A stretch of DNA of 64,000 nucleotides, taken from contig NC_135659.1 of the NCBI RefSeq assembly GCF_964188315.1, positions 42,160,001-42,224,000 of the forward strand, written 5' to 3'. Shown piece after piece: positions 13,772 through 27,772 of this stretch. Numbering within the stretch: position 1 is the first letter of the stretch; every line of letters begins with the position of its first letter. This DNA is from Podarcis muralis (lineage: Eukaryota). A program made the position numbers and the translations under genes. Under the pieces are notes generated by a model. The model was not told the DNA's origin. It did not search any database and worked only from the letters and a program-made list of their open reading frames with translations.

Positions 13772-14485
13772 NNNNNNNNNNNNNNNNNNNNNNNNNNNNN
13801 NNNNNNNNNNNNNNNNNNNNNNNNNNNNNNNNNNNNNNNNNNNNNNNNNNNNNNNNNNNNNNNNNNNNNNNNNNNNNNNNNNNNNNNNNNNNNNNNNNNN
13901 NNNNNNNNNNNNNNNNNNNNNNNNNNNNNNNNNNNNNNNNNNNNNNNNNNNNNNNNNNNNNNNNNNNNNNNNNNNNNNNNNNNNNNNNNNNCTTAGGGGC
14001 CTTCAGAGATGTAAAGTGACAGGCTCATGGGACACCTCAATATTTCTCCCTCCCATTCTTCACTCATTGCTTTCTTACCAAGGGCTATGGACAGGGTTTG
14101 CCCAAGAAATTTTGCTGCCCAAGGTGAAGAAGAAGGCATCCCTCCCATTCCATATACAAAAGCTGACTTCACTGACTTTCCCCACAGCACCTGAGGCAGC
14201 AGGTTAGTTTAAGAGGTTCAGGAGAGGTCATGTGGCAATAAACAGAAGTGTATGTGCTCAGGGACTGCTGTTCCTACCCTCAATCATTCTCCACCTGAGG
14301 TGGTTGCCTCACTCTGTCTGACGGTAGGGCTGGGCCTGGCTGTTTCAGGGAACACTATCACATTGACTGAGTGGTCATGGAGTTCTTTTTTTAAAAAACA
14401 AAACAAAACAGGCAGTCTGGATGTTTTAAATAAAAGGGAAAAATAGAAAGCAGGTAGCCAGAAGTTAGAGTGAGCTAACAGGGGG

Positions 14486-14895
14486 AGAGCTGAACCATAA
14501 AGATGGCTGATCGCCGAAGAATTGATGCTTTTGAATTATGGTGCTGGAGGAGACTCTTGAGAGTTCCATGGACTGCAAGAAGATCAAACCTCTCCATTCT
14601 TAAGGAAATCAGCCCTGAGTGCTCACTGGAAGGACAGATCCTGAAGCTGAGGCTCCAATACTTTGGCCACATCATGAGAAGAGAAGACTCCCTGGAAAAG
14701 ACCCTGATGTTGGGAAAGATTGAGGGCACAAGGAGAAGGGGCGACAGAGGAGGGGTGGTTGGACAGTGTTCTCGAAGCTACAAACATGAGTCTGACCAAA
14801 CTGCTGGAGGCAGTGAAAGACAGGAGTGCCTGGCGTGCTCTGGTCCATGGGGTCAGGAAGAGTCGGACACTTCTAAATGACTAAACAACAACAAC
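14486..14895 (+). mobile_element. Bov-B (RTE clade) LINE, 5'-truncated 3' end
   Basis: Translates to ADRRRIDAFELWCWRRLLRVPWTARRSN...LQYFGHIMRR...LMLGKIEG, the Bov-B ORF C-terminus. It has a (CAA)n tail and a 9-bp TSD AACAGGGGG at 14477-14485 and 14896-14904. Confidence 0.92.
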
Positions 14896-15068
14896 AACAG
14901 GGGGGTTGGGTGTAGGGGGTGGGATGGAGATGTGTGAAAAAATACAAGGAAATTACTTAATAATTTGGAAAACATGGACAATTACAATCAGTCTTGAGTC
15001 ATGAACAACCGTCTGTTTCTGAAGTTTGCTGCCTTGGAATGTGTTTCCAGATGGTATCACTGCATATA

Positions 15069-15765
15069 CAGTGAAACATTGGTTCTCGAACTTAATCCGT
15101 TCCAGGAGTCTGTCCGACTCCTGAAACTGTTTGAAAACCAAGGCATGGCTTCCGATTGGCTACAGGAGCTTCCTGCACTCAAGCAGAAGCCATGTCGAAC
15201 ATTTGTCTTCCAAAAAACGTTTGAAAACTGGAACACTTACTGTATATTTCCATGTATTGGACGAGGTTTTTTGACACAAAAATCATATAAAAAAACTGGG
15301 GTCGTCCAATACATGGATAGTGGCATGGGGGGGAGATGCTGCTGCTTGCAGGGAGCAATCTGGGGGTGCTGGCTGGCAGCGTGCAGCTTCCCCTGATGCC
15401 GCTGCACATGGGAGACACTCCCTGGATAGTTTCCCACGGATGGGGAAAGGTGCCCTCTGGCCAACTGACTGGCTGGCTGGAGTTCAACTTCCCTCGATGC
15501 TGCTGCGCAAGGATAACACCCCCTACCTGTGCGCAGGAAATGATCTAGGGAGTGTTTCCTGCCCGCAGCTGTGTGGGCGGAGAGGCTCAACAACTTTGGG
15601 CCATGTCCCCTCATTTTTTTAAAATTGAGTCCCTCCAAATAGGGGTGGGTGGGTCTTATACATGGGGGCGTCTAATAGATAGAAAAGTACGGTACTGTCT
15701 GGTTTTTGGTGTTTGGGAGCCAAAACGTACAAGTACCAAGGCGTTCAAGAACAAAGGTACAACTG
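15069..15765. mobile_element. Tigger-like MITE (related to the 4022 copy), split by a nested insertion
   Basis: TA|CAGTG...CAACTG|TA ends. The halves 15069-15239 and 15695-15765 join to match the 4022-4262 copy. Confidence 0.7.
15240..15692. mobile_element. pogo/Tc2-like MITE nested in the Tigger-like MITE
   Basis: Imperfect TIRs CTGTATATTTCCATGTATTGGACG and CGTCTAATAGATAGAAAAGTACGG. TA at 15238-15239 and 15693-15694. Subterminal GGGGTCGTCCAATACATGG/GGGTCTTATACATGGGGGCGTC repeats and a GC-rich interior. Confidence 0.72.
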
Positions 15766-18208
15766 TAATACGAAGACAGAATTCTACCAAAGAAGAGATT
15801 TTAGGTGCAATTCAAGGATAGGTAAGCCAGCACATCTTTCTGTATACCTATTGCTCCCCAGTTTAGTCTCTTTGCCCTAGCATCTAGCTTCTCAAAAACA
15901 AAAACAAAAACCCCCTTAAAAGTATGACTTCTTAGTTATATGAAACTTTATTGATTTATTTGCATTACTTATGGAATCCTATAACAAAAGTTCTCAGAGT
16001 GACTTGCAATAGAAATAACCACACTGCAATAAAAATACAATGAAGGCACCAAACAACCCCACAATATTAAATTAAAACAGAGAACAGAGAAAAAACACCA
16101 CAGAGACAGATCTATTTAAAACAGAAAGCTGACGGATAAAAATTCAGAGAGCTGAAACAGTATAAAACAATGATGTCATTTAAGAGGTATTTGTCTTGTG
16201 CCAACTGGACATTACAACAGGCACTAGGTGGGTCTCTCTGGGAAGGGGAGTTTCACAATTGGGGAGGGAACTACCATTTGGAGATAGGGATAGCTGGGCC
16301 TAAGGTTGTTCCATTCTGCTTCTGCCTGTGCTCAAACCTAAGTCTATCCTGTCCTATTTCTGTGCAGATTTTAAAGAGGGTGGGAATATACAAAATTCTT
16401 TAAAATCTGCACAGATTATTTAGTTTTTTTAAAAAATTACATGCTTAAAAAAGCCTGATGCGACTACTGTGTGCAACTGTTGCCAGGCATGTTGAAAACA
16501 GGCTGCAATTCTCCCTAGGAGCAACTGGACCGGATGCTGTGCCATTGCTGTCAGAGAGAAAAAAATATGGCTTCCCCCATGGAGCAGATGTGATTTTCTA
16601 CATACAGTCTCTCTGGGAGCCTTCCAGGGAGAATTTAGATGCAGAATCAGAGGCAGGGTGTGGTACCCTGAAACTAAAAGTGGTACCCCTTTTCCCATTT
16701 AACTTCAAACATGTTTTAAAAAGAAGTCCTTTTCCTTTCCTACTTATTAATTAAAAATGGTTTTCAAACTTCTGAAGTTAGGAAAAGGGACTGTCAGATG
16801 ACAGCAAAGATTCCTGTGGCTAGGGCACATGGGATATCATTTCTCATGAATATGGGCCACCAGAAGAAAATAGTGGCAGAGCTCAATGGGGATGCTTTAA
16901 AAGTTTGTGGCTCCAGCAGATGTCTGACCCTACCTATATAGACTTCCTGCCTTCCTGCCTTCCTTTTGTTTCTTGTATTTACAGTATAAGGGAAAAAATC
17001 ATGAGAAGGGCAAAGAATGAAGCAACCACCTGAAATATAACTGCAACACATCATAAACTGAAGGTGAGAAGTTCCAATAATTTCAATGTGATGCACGCTT
17101 GAGTTAGAATTACACACATAAGTGAGAATTGCAGGCTTAAGTGAGGTGCTGAAGCCATATATTTTTTAGCAAATTATATTATGAATGGTTATATTCTGCT
17201 TTATTCTGGAAAGCACCCCTTATTGAATGTTGAATGATCTAATTTGCCACCCCCTCTTTTTGTTGGTCAGAAAAGAGACAAAAGATGAAAAAAGTTCAAA
17301 CTTGCTGCGCACATCGCTCTTTGAACATCTTTCATCTGTGCCTCTTGTTACGTAACAGTGAGATGTGTTTGGCCTGCAACCTGACACCAGCCGTTCTTTC
17401 CCAAACAGAGGTTTTTCTCATAAAATCCACTCAGGCCCTTCTTCTCAAGTTCTTCATCCACTTTTCACAAGAAAAAAGAAATCATTCATATCCAACAAAG
17501 AGAGTCTCGGATTCTTTAGATATTTTCCATTATAAGCTTTTGGTACCATTATGAGCTTCAGCTCAAGTTACGTTTCTGATCCCTCTTCTTTCATCTGGTA
17601 AAAATGGATTATTTCATTATTAGCCTGGAACCGTTACTGTTCACAGAGATCAGGTCTGTGTATGAACAATTCTTTCCCCGGTGTATTACTGCTAATCCCA
17701 GGGTTGCTATAAACTTTGCTACAAATGCTCAAACTCTTGTTGGTGAGATCAGCATGGTAGCTAACTTTACCCAATGTCTCTTTACACTGAAAAAACCCTC
17801 CTTACTATGAATGTTATGGAGTAGAGAAACGACAGAATTGTTCATTAGTGGGAACCTTTACAATTCAAAAGTTTAAATGCTCCAAATTCATGAGTTTGGC
17901 ATTACATTAAAAATGGCTGATGCGAATGATGATGGGGTAGATATGATAGCATACACTGTTGGCAAAAGAAAGAAACTTACCCCCACAACAATAGCTTCAA
18001 AGCTTCTGGAGAGAATGGAAGTGGAATTGTGAGGAAGTAAAGACAAACTAATGCCCTGAATTGTAGCAGTCAAAGTTAAATTCAAGGTGAATGAGAGTAA
18101 ACCATCCAAAGAATAAGGATTAGACCTTGAGAATCAAAGACAGAGGAAAGTAAGGGGGGGGGGGGAGAGGAAATGGTCAGAAAGGAAATAGCTGTATTAA
18201 GTTTAAGT

Positions 18209-18405
18209 CAGTGGTGTCCAAACTTTTTTCAAGAAGGGCAAGATTTGATGAAGTGAAGGGCCGTGAGGGTGCACCAAAGGGCCAATTGAAGTTGTTGAGC
18301 TTTTTTATGATTTTACCCCAGGAAATAAACTGCCACAGGGGCTGGATTAAACCGACCGGCGGGCAGGATTAGGCCCCCCACCGAAGTAGACTTTGGACAT
18401 GCCTG
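18209..18405. mobile_element. hAT MITE
   Basis: TIRs CAGTGGTGTCCAAAC and CTTTGGACATGCCTG. Perfect 8-bp TSD GTTTAAGT at 18201-18208 and 18406-18413. Confidence 0.88.
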
Positions 18406-19357
18406 GTTTAAGTGGTCTACTTCTCATGAAGAACTGGAAATATAGTTTAAAGAGGAACCCATAAGGCCCCACAATCTAGTGACTGTAAAAAGAATTGAAT
18501 TGTGCTGGGATCAGTCTGTCTAATCCAAGGTGTCTTCTGATTATGGGCCAACATCACTTAACAAAGGATGGTCTGAGCACGTGTCCAAATGCAACATGTG
18601 ATAAACCAGAACCAGAACTTCCAGACGGGTAGGTGTGTTGAAGGAAAAATCAGAAGACATGCTTCTTCCAAAAATCTTGAGGTGGAACTCAGTGTGGTGA
18701 TAGGCAAGATGGGGGAAATCGGCTGTTGGAACACACACTTTAAAGCACACTCAAAACATAAACAGAGTATATTGCTTGGGGTTTGAGGGGACAATTGAAA
18801 CAAATATGGAAAAAATCCCAAGCCTTTACTTACGCAGTGTCTAGCATACAGGTTAGAGGCTCTGTATTCCCTGACATACACACAAGAAATTTGGGTACCC
18901 AGGCTTGTGCCCACAGCTGTTTTATTGCTCATACTTTGTGTTACACAGGAAATATTAGTGTTAACACTGATGAACAGCAATTAGGTAGTAACCTGTAAAA
19001 TGAGGGGTTGCCCCAATTATGGCAAAATTAATAATATGCTCATTGGCATGAGGGGATGTGCACTAAAGAAACAAGAACATTTATCTCAGGGTAAGTTCAC
19101 ATATTTGAACTACTTTTCTCAGTCAGCCCACTTCGATTAACTCTGAAATAACCTATATCATCGCACACTACCCATTCAAAAAGGAATTAAACTTGAATTC
19201 CTCCATTATTACACAGAATTAATGTTTAGCCAAGTGAGTAACATCATCATGGAATGTAAGCTTCTCCAGACTCTTTGTCCTCCATGGTGAAATGCTCCCA
19301 AATCACATTTGACGTGTTCCCCAAAGGGCAAGGACCATTTAAGCTTTATAAATGCTG

Positions 19358-19434
19358 TCTTCTTCTTCTTCTTCTTCTTCTTCTTCTTCTTCTTCTTCTT
19401 CTTCTTCTTCTTCTTCTTCTTCTTCTTCTTCTTC
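19358..19434. repeat. (TTC)n microsatellite
   Basis: About 25 perfect units; this explains the poly-Lys ORF on the minus strand. Confidence 0.97.
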
Positions 19435-22400
19435 TCTCTTTTTAAAAAACGCTTCACATAAATGTTTCATGTCTCTCCTTAGTGATGCACAGGCCCCGAA
19501 CATTTAGCTGTGAGGGTGTTTATATTTGTGGAACTCTCTTGAACATTTGCTGTGGATTTCAAACAGCTGCTACACTGAAGCACTGGGAATAGCAAGATCA
19601 TGAATATTCAGGTGTAGCGACTGGAATGAACAGCCGTTAATAGAATAAACGCCTAAACAGTTGTGTAAGGCTTATTAAGACCTATTGGGGCTGAGATAAT
19701 AAATTCCCAGCCTGACATGTTGCAACAAAATGTAGTTGAAACATTTTGGACCATCTCTTCAGAAATTAAGGGGAGAGAGTGAAATAAAAAAGTTAGTTCT
19801 GTATCATAGCACAATGGAACACCTGGAAATCTTGGCACTTGTGTTAGATTTGGCAGATATGATTTTTACATGCTAGCTCATCTTCACTTTAAATTGATGA
19901 CTCTGTCTATTCTGTAAGATGCATGGGATGTCTGGTATGGACATTGCTCTCCACATGAGACCATTTACTAGATCACCTTCCAGATTCTACAAACTCCAGA
20001 AATACACTCTGCTTGGGAAGAGCAATGTGGGATAGAATAGCACAAAAGAACCAACTTCTGTATGTCTGAACAAAACCCCATTCCAATTTGTGGCCTCTCT
20101 TAATTTCAGGTATTTGTCTGTTGCTTGCCATCCATTCTTTTGCTGCCAGACAGAATGAACAGCTTAGAAGTCATCACATCATAAACATATTCAAGTAGTT
20201 GATGGGCAAATCACATGAGGGAGGTTGCATATATAGGTACCACATTATTCAGCAAGGCCAATCAACATTGGGTTTTTGCTTAAGGGACTAGTATTTAGTA
20301 TTTGTTAGTATTTGACTGCAGTTACAGACTTGATCCTTGTCATGCCTGACAGAGGAGCCGTGCTTTCTACAAGGAGAAAGTGTATGTCACACAGACTGGG
20401 CAGTTTATTATTCTATATATTTAAATTTGTACATACCAAGAAGAAAAAGGATTGTGTCAAATATTATCAGATTTTGATCTTAAAAATAGTTATTTTGAAG
20501 GGGCAGAATTATTTCCCACATACATTATATTATATGTAAATATTCATTTCCCCCCAATCCTGTTCAGTGTCATTGTTTCTCCAGACTGCTGCTTCTTTCT
20601 CCTTCCTGGTTGATCCCAGCCAATCAGGGCTGTTGTGACACAACACTACATAGCTAATAAGATTTTGATGATGTAACTGATGAAATTGAGAATGAATAGA
20701 ATGCTTCTGGATCACCAGGAGGCACCAACACTGCTGTGTAAACAATCAGCTTTGACCAGACAATGTAATTCACAATGGCAAGAGAAATAATTTGACACCG
20801 AGATAAATATTCATTTATTTAGTTCTATGTCACACTTTAATTTGCAACTAAAGTGGTGCTTGAAGTAGTATACAGCATAATAGCATTATAAAAACATTAT
20901 GTCATTAAAACACAATTTTTTCACCAAAGATATGAAAACCATCAAAAGCCTTTTGACAGAAAAGAAAAACTAAATTGTTTTCTTGCTTTAATGTTACCTA
21001 AAAAAATTATCAAACTGTGCACACTTGTTGCAAACTGAGGAGGGTCTATTTTTAGCCACTCTTCCTGGGTTACTGTCTCCACTAGTCCAATTAATAGCAA
21101 TACAATTTTGTTGCCACATGCCTTTAGCTAAATTTTTAAATTCTTTACAATGATCTGAATTGCATTGTCATGCTGTACCTGCAAGATAGTTAATTGTTGT
21201 AAGAGAACAGGAATTTTGCCTGTCATGTTGCATTATGTTCTGCCATACTGCTTGGTTCTGTCACAAAGCATTGCACGCCATTAAAACACCATACACTGAA
21301 AAACCTCGCTGTTTCAAACCTAAAGGCAAACTCAGTAATATTTGATCTGTTACCTGCTGTCAGTTCCAATGAATGGCTCCTAAACTTAAACTGGCATTTT
21401 CCAGCACCAGATTCATGCTACTTAGTTCTGTGCAAACACAGGGAACCCCCCCATTATCATGGCAAACTCAACTGTACTCATTAAACTTAAGTGGTCACAT
21501 GGAGTTGCAATAGCTCAGGTGAATAAATGATGAAGTCTGTCATTTATAAAGCAACATGCACCTAAGAAGTACATATTGGGATACTTTTTAATGCTGCAAA
21601 GAATGCTGGTTCACAGTTCTTGCATGATGTACAACTGTGTGCAGTCTGGAAGTTCTACTTTGGAATTGACATAAACTCTGGGTATGTAAGGTATACTTGC
21701 TTGGGATGACCTAATGGTTTGGATTGGTCAAGCTGATTATCCACAATCATGGCTACCCATTATGAGGCTTTCCTTGTCTTCCTGGTTAGTCTAGCTGAAG
21801 TCAGCTTCATCTGGTTTGGCAGCTGCATTTCAAAATTCACTGGTTGTAGTTGGTACACAATTTGGAGATAGGCGGGCTGTAACTGCCCATTGCTTCCTAT
21901 GAACATTGCAGAAACGGGATCCAGTCCAGAGCAGTTAGAGTACAATGCATTGTATGATTTCAGGGCTTGGTTGTGATGAGCAAAATGCCTGACTTCTTTG
22001 TCAGAAGCCTAGGCTGCCATTTTTCATGCTGATACTCTGACTCATGTTGAAAGGGGCTAGAGTAGTAGGCAAAACTGTAGTTTCGCTTAGTGAACATGTA
22101 TGTAGACCCATTAGGAATAAGAGAAATCTCTCATGGACATGGAAAAAATCACCATAAAGGGTAAGACAGAGAAAATGTTTAAAGAGTAAGGCAGTTTGGT
22201 CTTTTAATTTTTAGATTAAAGAGGTATGTTGTGATTTTGACAGCTTATACCTATTCAGATTTTACTCAGTGTTATATACGCCACTAAATATTTCTGGGTC
22301 TTTGCTCTTGTATATCATATTAAATATATTTAAATGTGATTTGCTAAATGCAGGTTAAAACAATTGCAGATTAATATGGAAAAGGATGGAATATACAAAA

Positions 22401-22666
22401 TCAACACGGACCAGAAACAAGCTGATCATGGTCTGGCCTTGACACTTTCTCTCTGTATTCTGAGGCTGAAGGAAAACTCATGGTTCAGTGGGACTTAATA
22501 TAGAACTGCTCTCAGGATTACAGACCATGATGTTACTTGTATCATAAATAGATCAGTTCAGTGGAATGCCATAGGAGAAATATGGTGCCAGAAACAAGTA
22601 AACAATTTCTCCAACATATATAGAGCTGTCCCTTCAAGGATGTCATGAGATGCAAGTAAAGATGAC

Positions 22667-22819
22667 TATCCCATTTTTGTTAGGTAGGATTGCTAGGCTG
22701 TTATGTTGTGACTTGGCCAAGGCAACCCAGTGCGGTTCATGGCTAAGTGAGAATTTGATCCCAGATCTCCGCTGTCCAAATCCTCTACTCCAAGTCCATT
22801 ACCCCACACTGCCTCTCAG
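22667..22819 (-). mobile_element. MIR/CORE-like tRNA-derived SINE fragment
   Basis: The minus strand reads GAGGCAGTGTGGGGTAATGG...GGGATCAAATTCTCACTTAGCCATGAA...CCTTGGCCAAGTCAC, collinear with the copy at 59716. Confidence 0.65.
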
Positions 22820-23823
22820 GGGAAAGATTAAAATACAGATATATTAGAATGTTACAGTGATGTAAAGCAGTAGCCAAATGGATGCAAATATTCAATGTGT
22901 TCTTTGATGGACTGTCATCAGTATGGGATGCACAATGACGTCTGAAAACACATTTAGGCCTTGTTGAGTGTTAGCCATTCATTTTTACCCCAATGCAGAA
23001 ACCTAATGGCAGATGCAAAACAAAACTATAATTCTTTTAAACAGCACTATATATTTCAGACCCTTTCCTAAGGCATTCTAGATTTCCCTACTTGTTTAAG
23101 TTGCATGAATGATGTCAGACGTGTTGACTGCTCTAATGTATTCACCATACTGTGGATATCAGCAATCTGGATTAAAGCCATTCAGAATGAAAATAATTAC
23201 CCACTTCTTTCCTCTTCAGCCCCTCTGTCTTCACTCCCCCTTTCTCCATACCCTTTCATTCTTCTATGACCTGGTTATCAATATAAGAACCAAATCTGTT
23301 TCGGAAATTTCTATGTCATGGTTGCACTGGTGGAGGAAAGAACAGATGGAATAAATTAATTAGTCAAAGTCTGTTTAAAAGGAAAAGCATTTCTTTGCCC
23401 AAGCTGCCAGAGGGTAGAAAAGAAGAACATTTAAAGAAGTTAACAGACTTCTTGTTAACTTATCAGAACCCTTTAGCTTATCAGACCTGTACATTACCAT
23501 CCTCAACACAAAGCAATTTTGCATGTGAAAAGGGAAGCCAGGAGGTATCTCTCCAAATATAAAATGAAGAGCATTACCTTTTCGGCAAAATGGAAAGTTT
23601 ATTAAAATTATCTGCATCAAATGCATCTGACACAAAGAGTAAATAGGCATGGCACACGATTATGCTTCTCCTTCAGCACTATCAGTCATGTTGGATCTCA
23701 TTATTGTCTTGCTTGAAATGTGGCTACAACCTAGAACACACATAACACTCCTTTATAGCTGCCTATTACAGAGGAAGATTAGTAACTGCAGCCTAGCTGA
23801 AGCTTAAGAAAGATTGTGTTGCC

Positions 23824-23960
23824 CTGGGGTGGCTGTTCTGTGGGCCTCCAGATGTTGTTGGACTACAACTCCCATCATATTTGACTATTGGCCATGCTGG
23901 CTGGGATGGTTGCAAGTTGGACACCAGCACCATCTGGAGAGCCACAGGATAGCTACCCTG
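23824..23960. mobile_element. Palindromic hAT-type MITE (CCTCCAGATGTTG-GGACTACAACTCCCATCA family)
   Basis: Self-complementary arms CTGTGGGCCTCCAGATG and CATCTGGAGAGCCACAG. Related pieces lie at about 24055-24135, 48955-49160 and 58565-58682. Confidence 0.7.
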
Positions 23961-26900
23961 GTCTAGAGAGAAACTGTAGTTAAAAGGAGAGGATGTAGCT
24001 TAATGCTAGATATTGGGATTTGCATGCAGAATATCCCAGTGTTATTCCTATCAGTCCCAGCCAGCTTGGCCAAATGCAATGGATGATGGGAGCTGCAGTC
24101 TAGCAACACTGGGTGGGCAACTGGTTCCTCATTCCAGTGTAGACAATATGGAGCTATATGGACTTCCCTGTTTCAACAAGCCATACAAGCGGAGTTTTTT
24201 TTACATCCCATTTGGTTTTTAAATTGTTTTTATATATGTAATATTTTAATGGTTTTATATATGCAATTCATATATGCATTATTGTATCCTGAAAACATTT
24301 CAGCATGCTGACAAACCAAGATATAGTTGGTGATGGGCCAAGGGTCTGATTCCCTATTAAACAATCCCAAGTTCCTGTTCCTATCATTACTGATTTTTTC
24401 CCATTGAGAAATCTCTGGTTATCTTCCAAGGGACCCTAGGATTTCCCACTATCAGCCGAGAAGGAAACTGCTTCATTAGCCTCTGGCTAGAGGAAATGTG
24501 CTGGAACAGCAGCCAAACAGAGTGAGATGGGGAAAGAAAATGTGGCTTGAAGCAAATGCAGCTGTGTGTGTTTACTGCTGACAGTGGAGCAACAAAACTA
24601 GAAATGACCACCAAAGATTAGCCTGTCATTTGGATGGGTTTCTTAGAGGGAGAATGCAGACCGTTTTGGGATTCTAGACATCACACAATATAAATGGTAG
24701 GGGTGAGGAATTCACACATTTCCCAGCCAAAGCAAAAGCCCAGTTCATTTAGGCAGCATGAGCTCTTATATGCAGACCACACCAGTGATTCTACAAATTG
24801 ACACCCAGAAAAATGCAGAGGAATCTTCAAGACAAAGCCCTGATTTATTAAAATCAGTGCAGAGCAGAATGAGGCCCACCATAATCTTTCATGCTGCCTG
24901 ACTTAGTAAAACCTGAATTGGAGTTACTCCAGGTTTTTATACAGTAGGCCTACTGGAAAACATGAAGTGGATTCCGAAACATTATAGTTATTTTGGTTTC
25001 AGGACCTTTCCAGGCCCCTTCACTAGCAAAAGCCAATGTTATATTACATGCATTTATGTGTGTATAAATATTGCTTAAAGATTAAAAAAATGCTCTTATT
25101 TTTTTCCTTCAATAACCACCTATGCAACCATTTTTGTTTCTGTCCTGTTGGCATCACTATAGTCTCTTGATACCTTTCAAATGATACCTTATTTGTTCCA
25201 GTTTTGATTATATTGTATCATGACCATGGATATGGCCCTGTGAGATTAGGACAGGGGGAGGCCCCATAATTTCTTTAAACTTCTGCAAACAGAAAGGTAC
25301 CACCCAAGCTTTGCCATCACAAGCATGCCCAGAGAAAAAGCCCTGCACCAATGATAATTCTGACTCCTGAAGGAAGGAAGGATCACAGTTAATCTACCTG
25401 GGCAGGTTTACAATAAGGCCCCATTAGGCAGACCAATGGCTAGTGTAGTGAGTAAAGGTATGTTATATGATGGAAGTCCTCAGTCCAAATCTCAGACACC
25501 TACCCTCTAAATGATAGGAAATAAGCCTGGAATAGTCCGATTTGTGTACTAAAGTGCCCCATCAAGTGGGATTGACAAAACTGCAAGCCATACAATCATA
25601 CCAGCAAATCCTACAATTTTATTGAGATTAGTCTAGCTGTTGTGCTCATCTAAAAAATGACCCCTCTCTCTCTCTGAAGGATGGTAACACTCTTGGTTAG
25701 TTTTATAACCGCAAAAGAACACAACAAGGGGCTATGGCTTCCTGGCTACGCTTGCATTTTCAAGAGGCTTTGGAAAACAAGCACATGTTTCATTTGCATT
25801 CCAACTGCATCTCAGGTTCCCATCTCCCAGTAATACTTGAATAGACTGTGTACAGACCTGACAATCAGTACAAACAAGGGTGGGTGAACGCCAGGGAAGC
25901 ACTTCGACATTCTTCTTCTTCTTTACTTTTTTGCCTCTTTATTGTTTCCAGAAGGAATTTATTTGTGATTTTGCATATTTCCCCTAACATTCATGTGTTG
26001 GAGGGAAGCAGTGGAAATAAGGCAGAAGCCATTAGGTAGATATTTGGCAAGCCCATACAAATTTGCAAAATCCTGCTAGGAAGTCTGTGCCTGCCATGCT
26101 GCATTTGTTTTAAGTACCAGCCGCCTTTAGACCAACTTTTCTCCCACTCCAGCCACAGAGAAAGCACTTGAGTCAGCACAATTTGGAAGAAGCACAAACC
26201 CCCCTGTAATAGCCTTGTGCTGCTATCAATTTTCCACTTCAGAACATGAAGCTCCTTTGTCTATTTTCAGAAGCTAGTTCCAGGGACATGGCATAAAATA
26301 TATGATGCTATGGGCCATTTTCTCTTCTTCCAGATTGTAACTTAAAAGATATAAAATATGGGAAATGCAACAAGCCAAGGCGTAATGATTTTAGTTCTGG
26401 AGGATATGCAGCTACCAAGCACAGTATACATTTTAAAATATATAGATTTGTATTAGACTTTCAGATCTTTCTAATCAAAAAGGGAAATGCTCCCTGATGG
26501 TTGTCTTTTCCCCCTTCCCAGTAGAAGTCTAAAAACATGTTTTCACTTAAAAATGAAATAAGGGATGCATTTACATTATGTATCAAAAATAGTTGAATTA
26601 TACAATTATATGATTTAGGAAAAACTCAACCCATGTAAAGCAAGCTAATCATGATCCTAAATTGAATTTTCAAACCTTTAATTGATCCCATCCCACAGGT
26701 AACATTCTATTTTAATTGCTAGGCCGAGATGGTTGCAATTAAGTAAATTAAAAACTCAGCTCAGTGGAAACTGGGAAAGCCATCTAATTGAACAGATGAT
26801 GGCCAGGTTTTCTAACAGTTGATTGCAAAAGGATGTAACCACTTTGCTCATATTTCCTATTCTGGTTACATCCATATGAATTTGCATCCAGTTCATACCA

Positions 26901-27772
26901 AGACAGCCACCACAATGAATGAATGGAACATAATACCATCAGGGTTTTGTGTGTGTGGTTTTTTTAAAAAAACACACACCTAAAATCGAATTTTCAGCCA
27001 AAGATAACAGGTTTTAAAGTTCATGTACAGACGAGATAATCTAGCTCTGTGGTTCTCATATCTTTTTAATATTAAATTAAGAAAGCCCATTAATGGAATG
27101 TTGACTTTTCTCTGGGCCTGCATGTTATGTTTAACTCCTCAACACCTGATTGGGTATTGTGCTGAGGCAGCAGGGATACATCACTGTCACCATGCCAGGG
27201 ACTCTCAGGATCTGCTACCATTCACCAGAAAGGAAACTCAAACATGGCTCAAAGCTGTTATATGACAGGAAATGGTTGGAGTCAGAGTACGACAGGAACA
27301 AGGCTAGAAGCACCTCTCCTATGCACTGTCCAAAAATAGTTTTGGCTGCTTATTATGATACTAAGAGTCAAACTGCCCATTCTAGAAGTCCAAGTTGCAG
27401 TGGAGCTAAGTCATTTTAACAGCAAAGTGTTTAACAACCTGGTATTCTATAGTATCCTGCTGCTGAATTAAGCTGCACTCCAATGGATTAATGGTGTGAT
27501 GGAGACACTACTGGTATACACACTTCCATCGCTCCTGTCATCTGTGGCAGAAGGTGGGTGGGGCAGGCAAATCACAGTGCCAGCCTTGAGCCAGAGCACT
27601 GGTTGGGCCCGATGCCTTCATATGATCGCAGTTGGGACAACTTGGGATCAGGGCCGGCCCACCCATTAGGCAAGGAGTGCAATCATCTCAGATGGCAGGA
27701 TCCAGGGGCAGCAGGTTCTGATGTGGATCTTTATTTCCTCCTTCTTCCATGATGAGGAGGGGGCATCATGTT

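Noticed and set aside
10200-14207. ORFs containing long X runs (also near 40.3, 52.5 and 56.5 kb)
   Set aside because: Artefacts of reading through N gaps.
19209-19457. Poly-lysine ORF (also the ERKK ORFs at 1391-1790 and poly-G/L ORFs at 61771-62004)
   Set aside because: These are translations of microsatellites.
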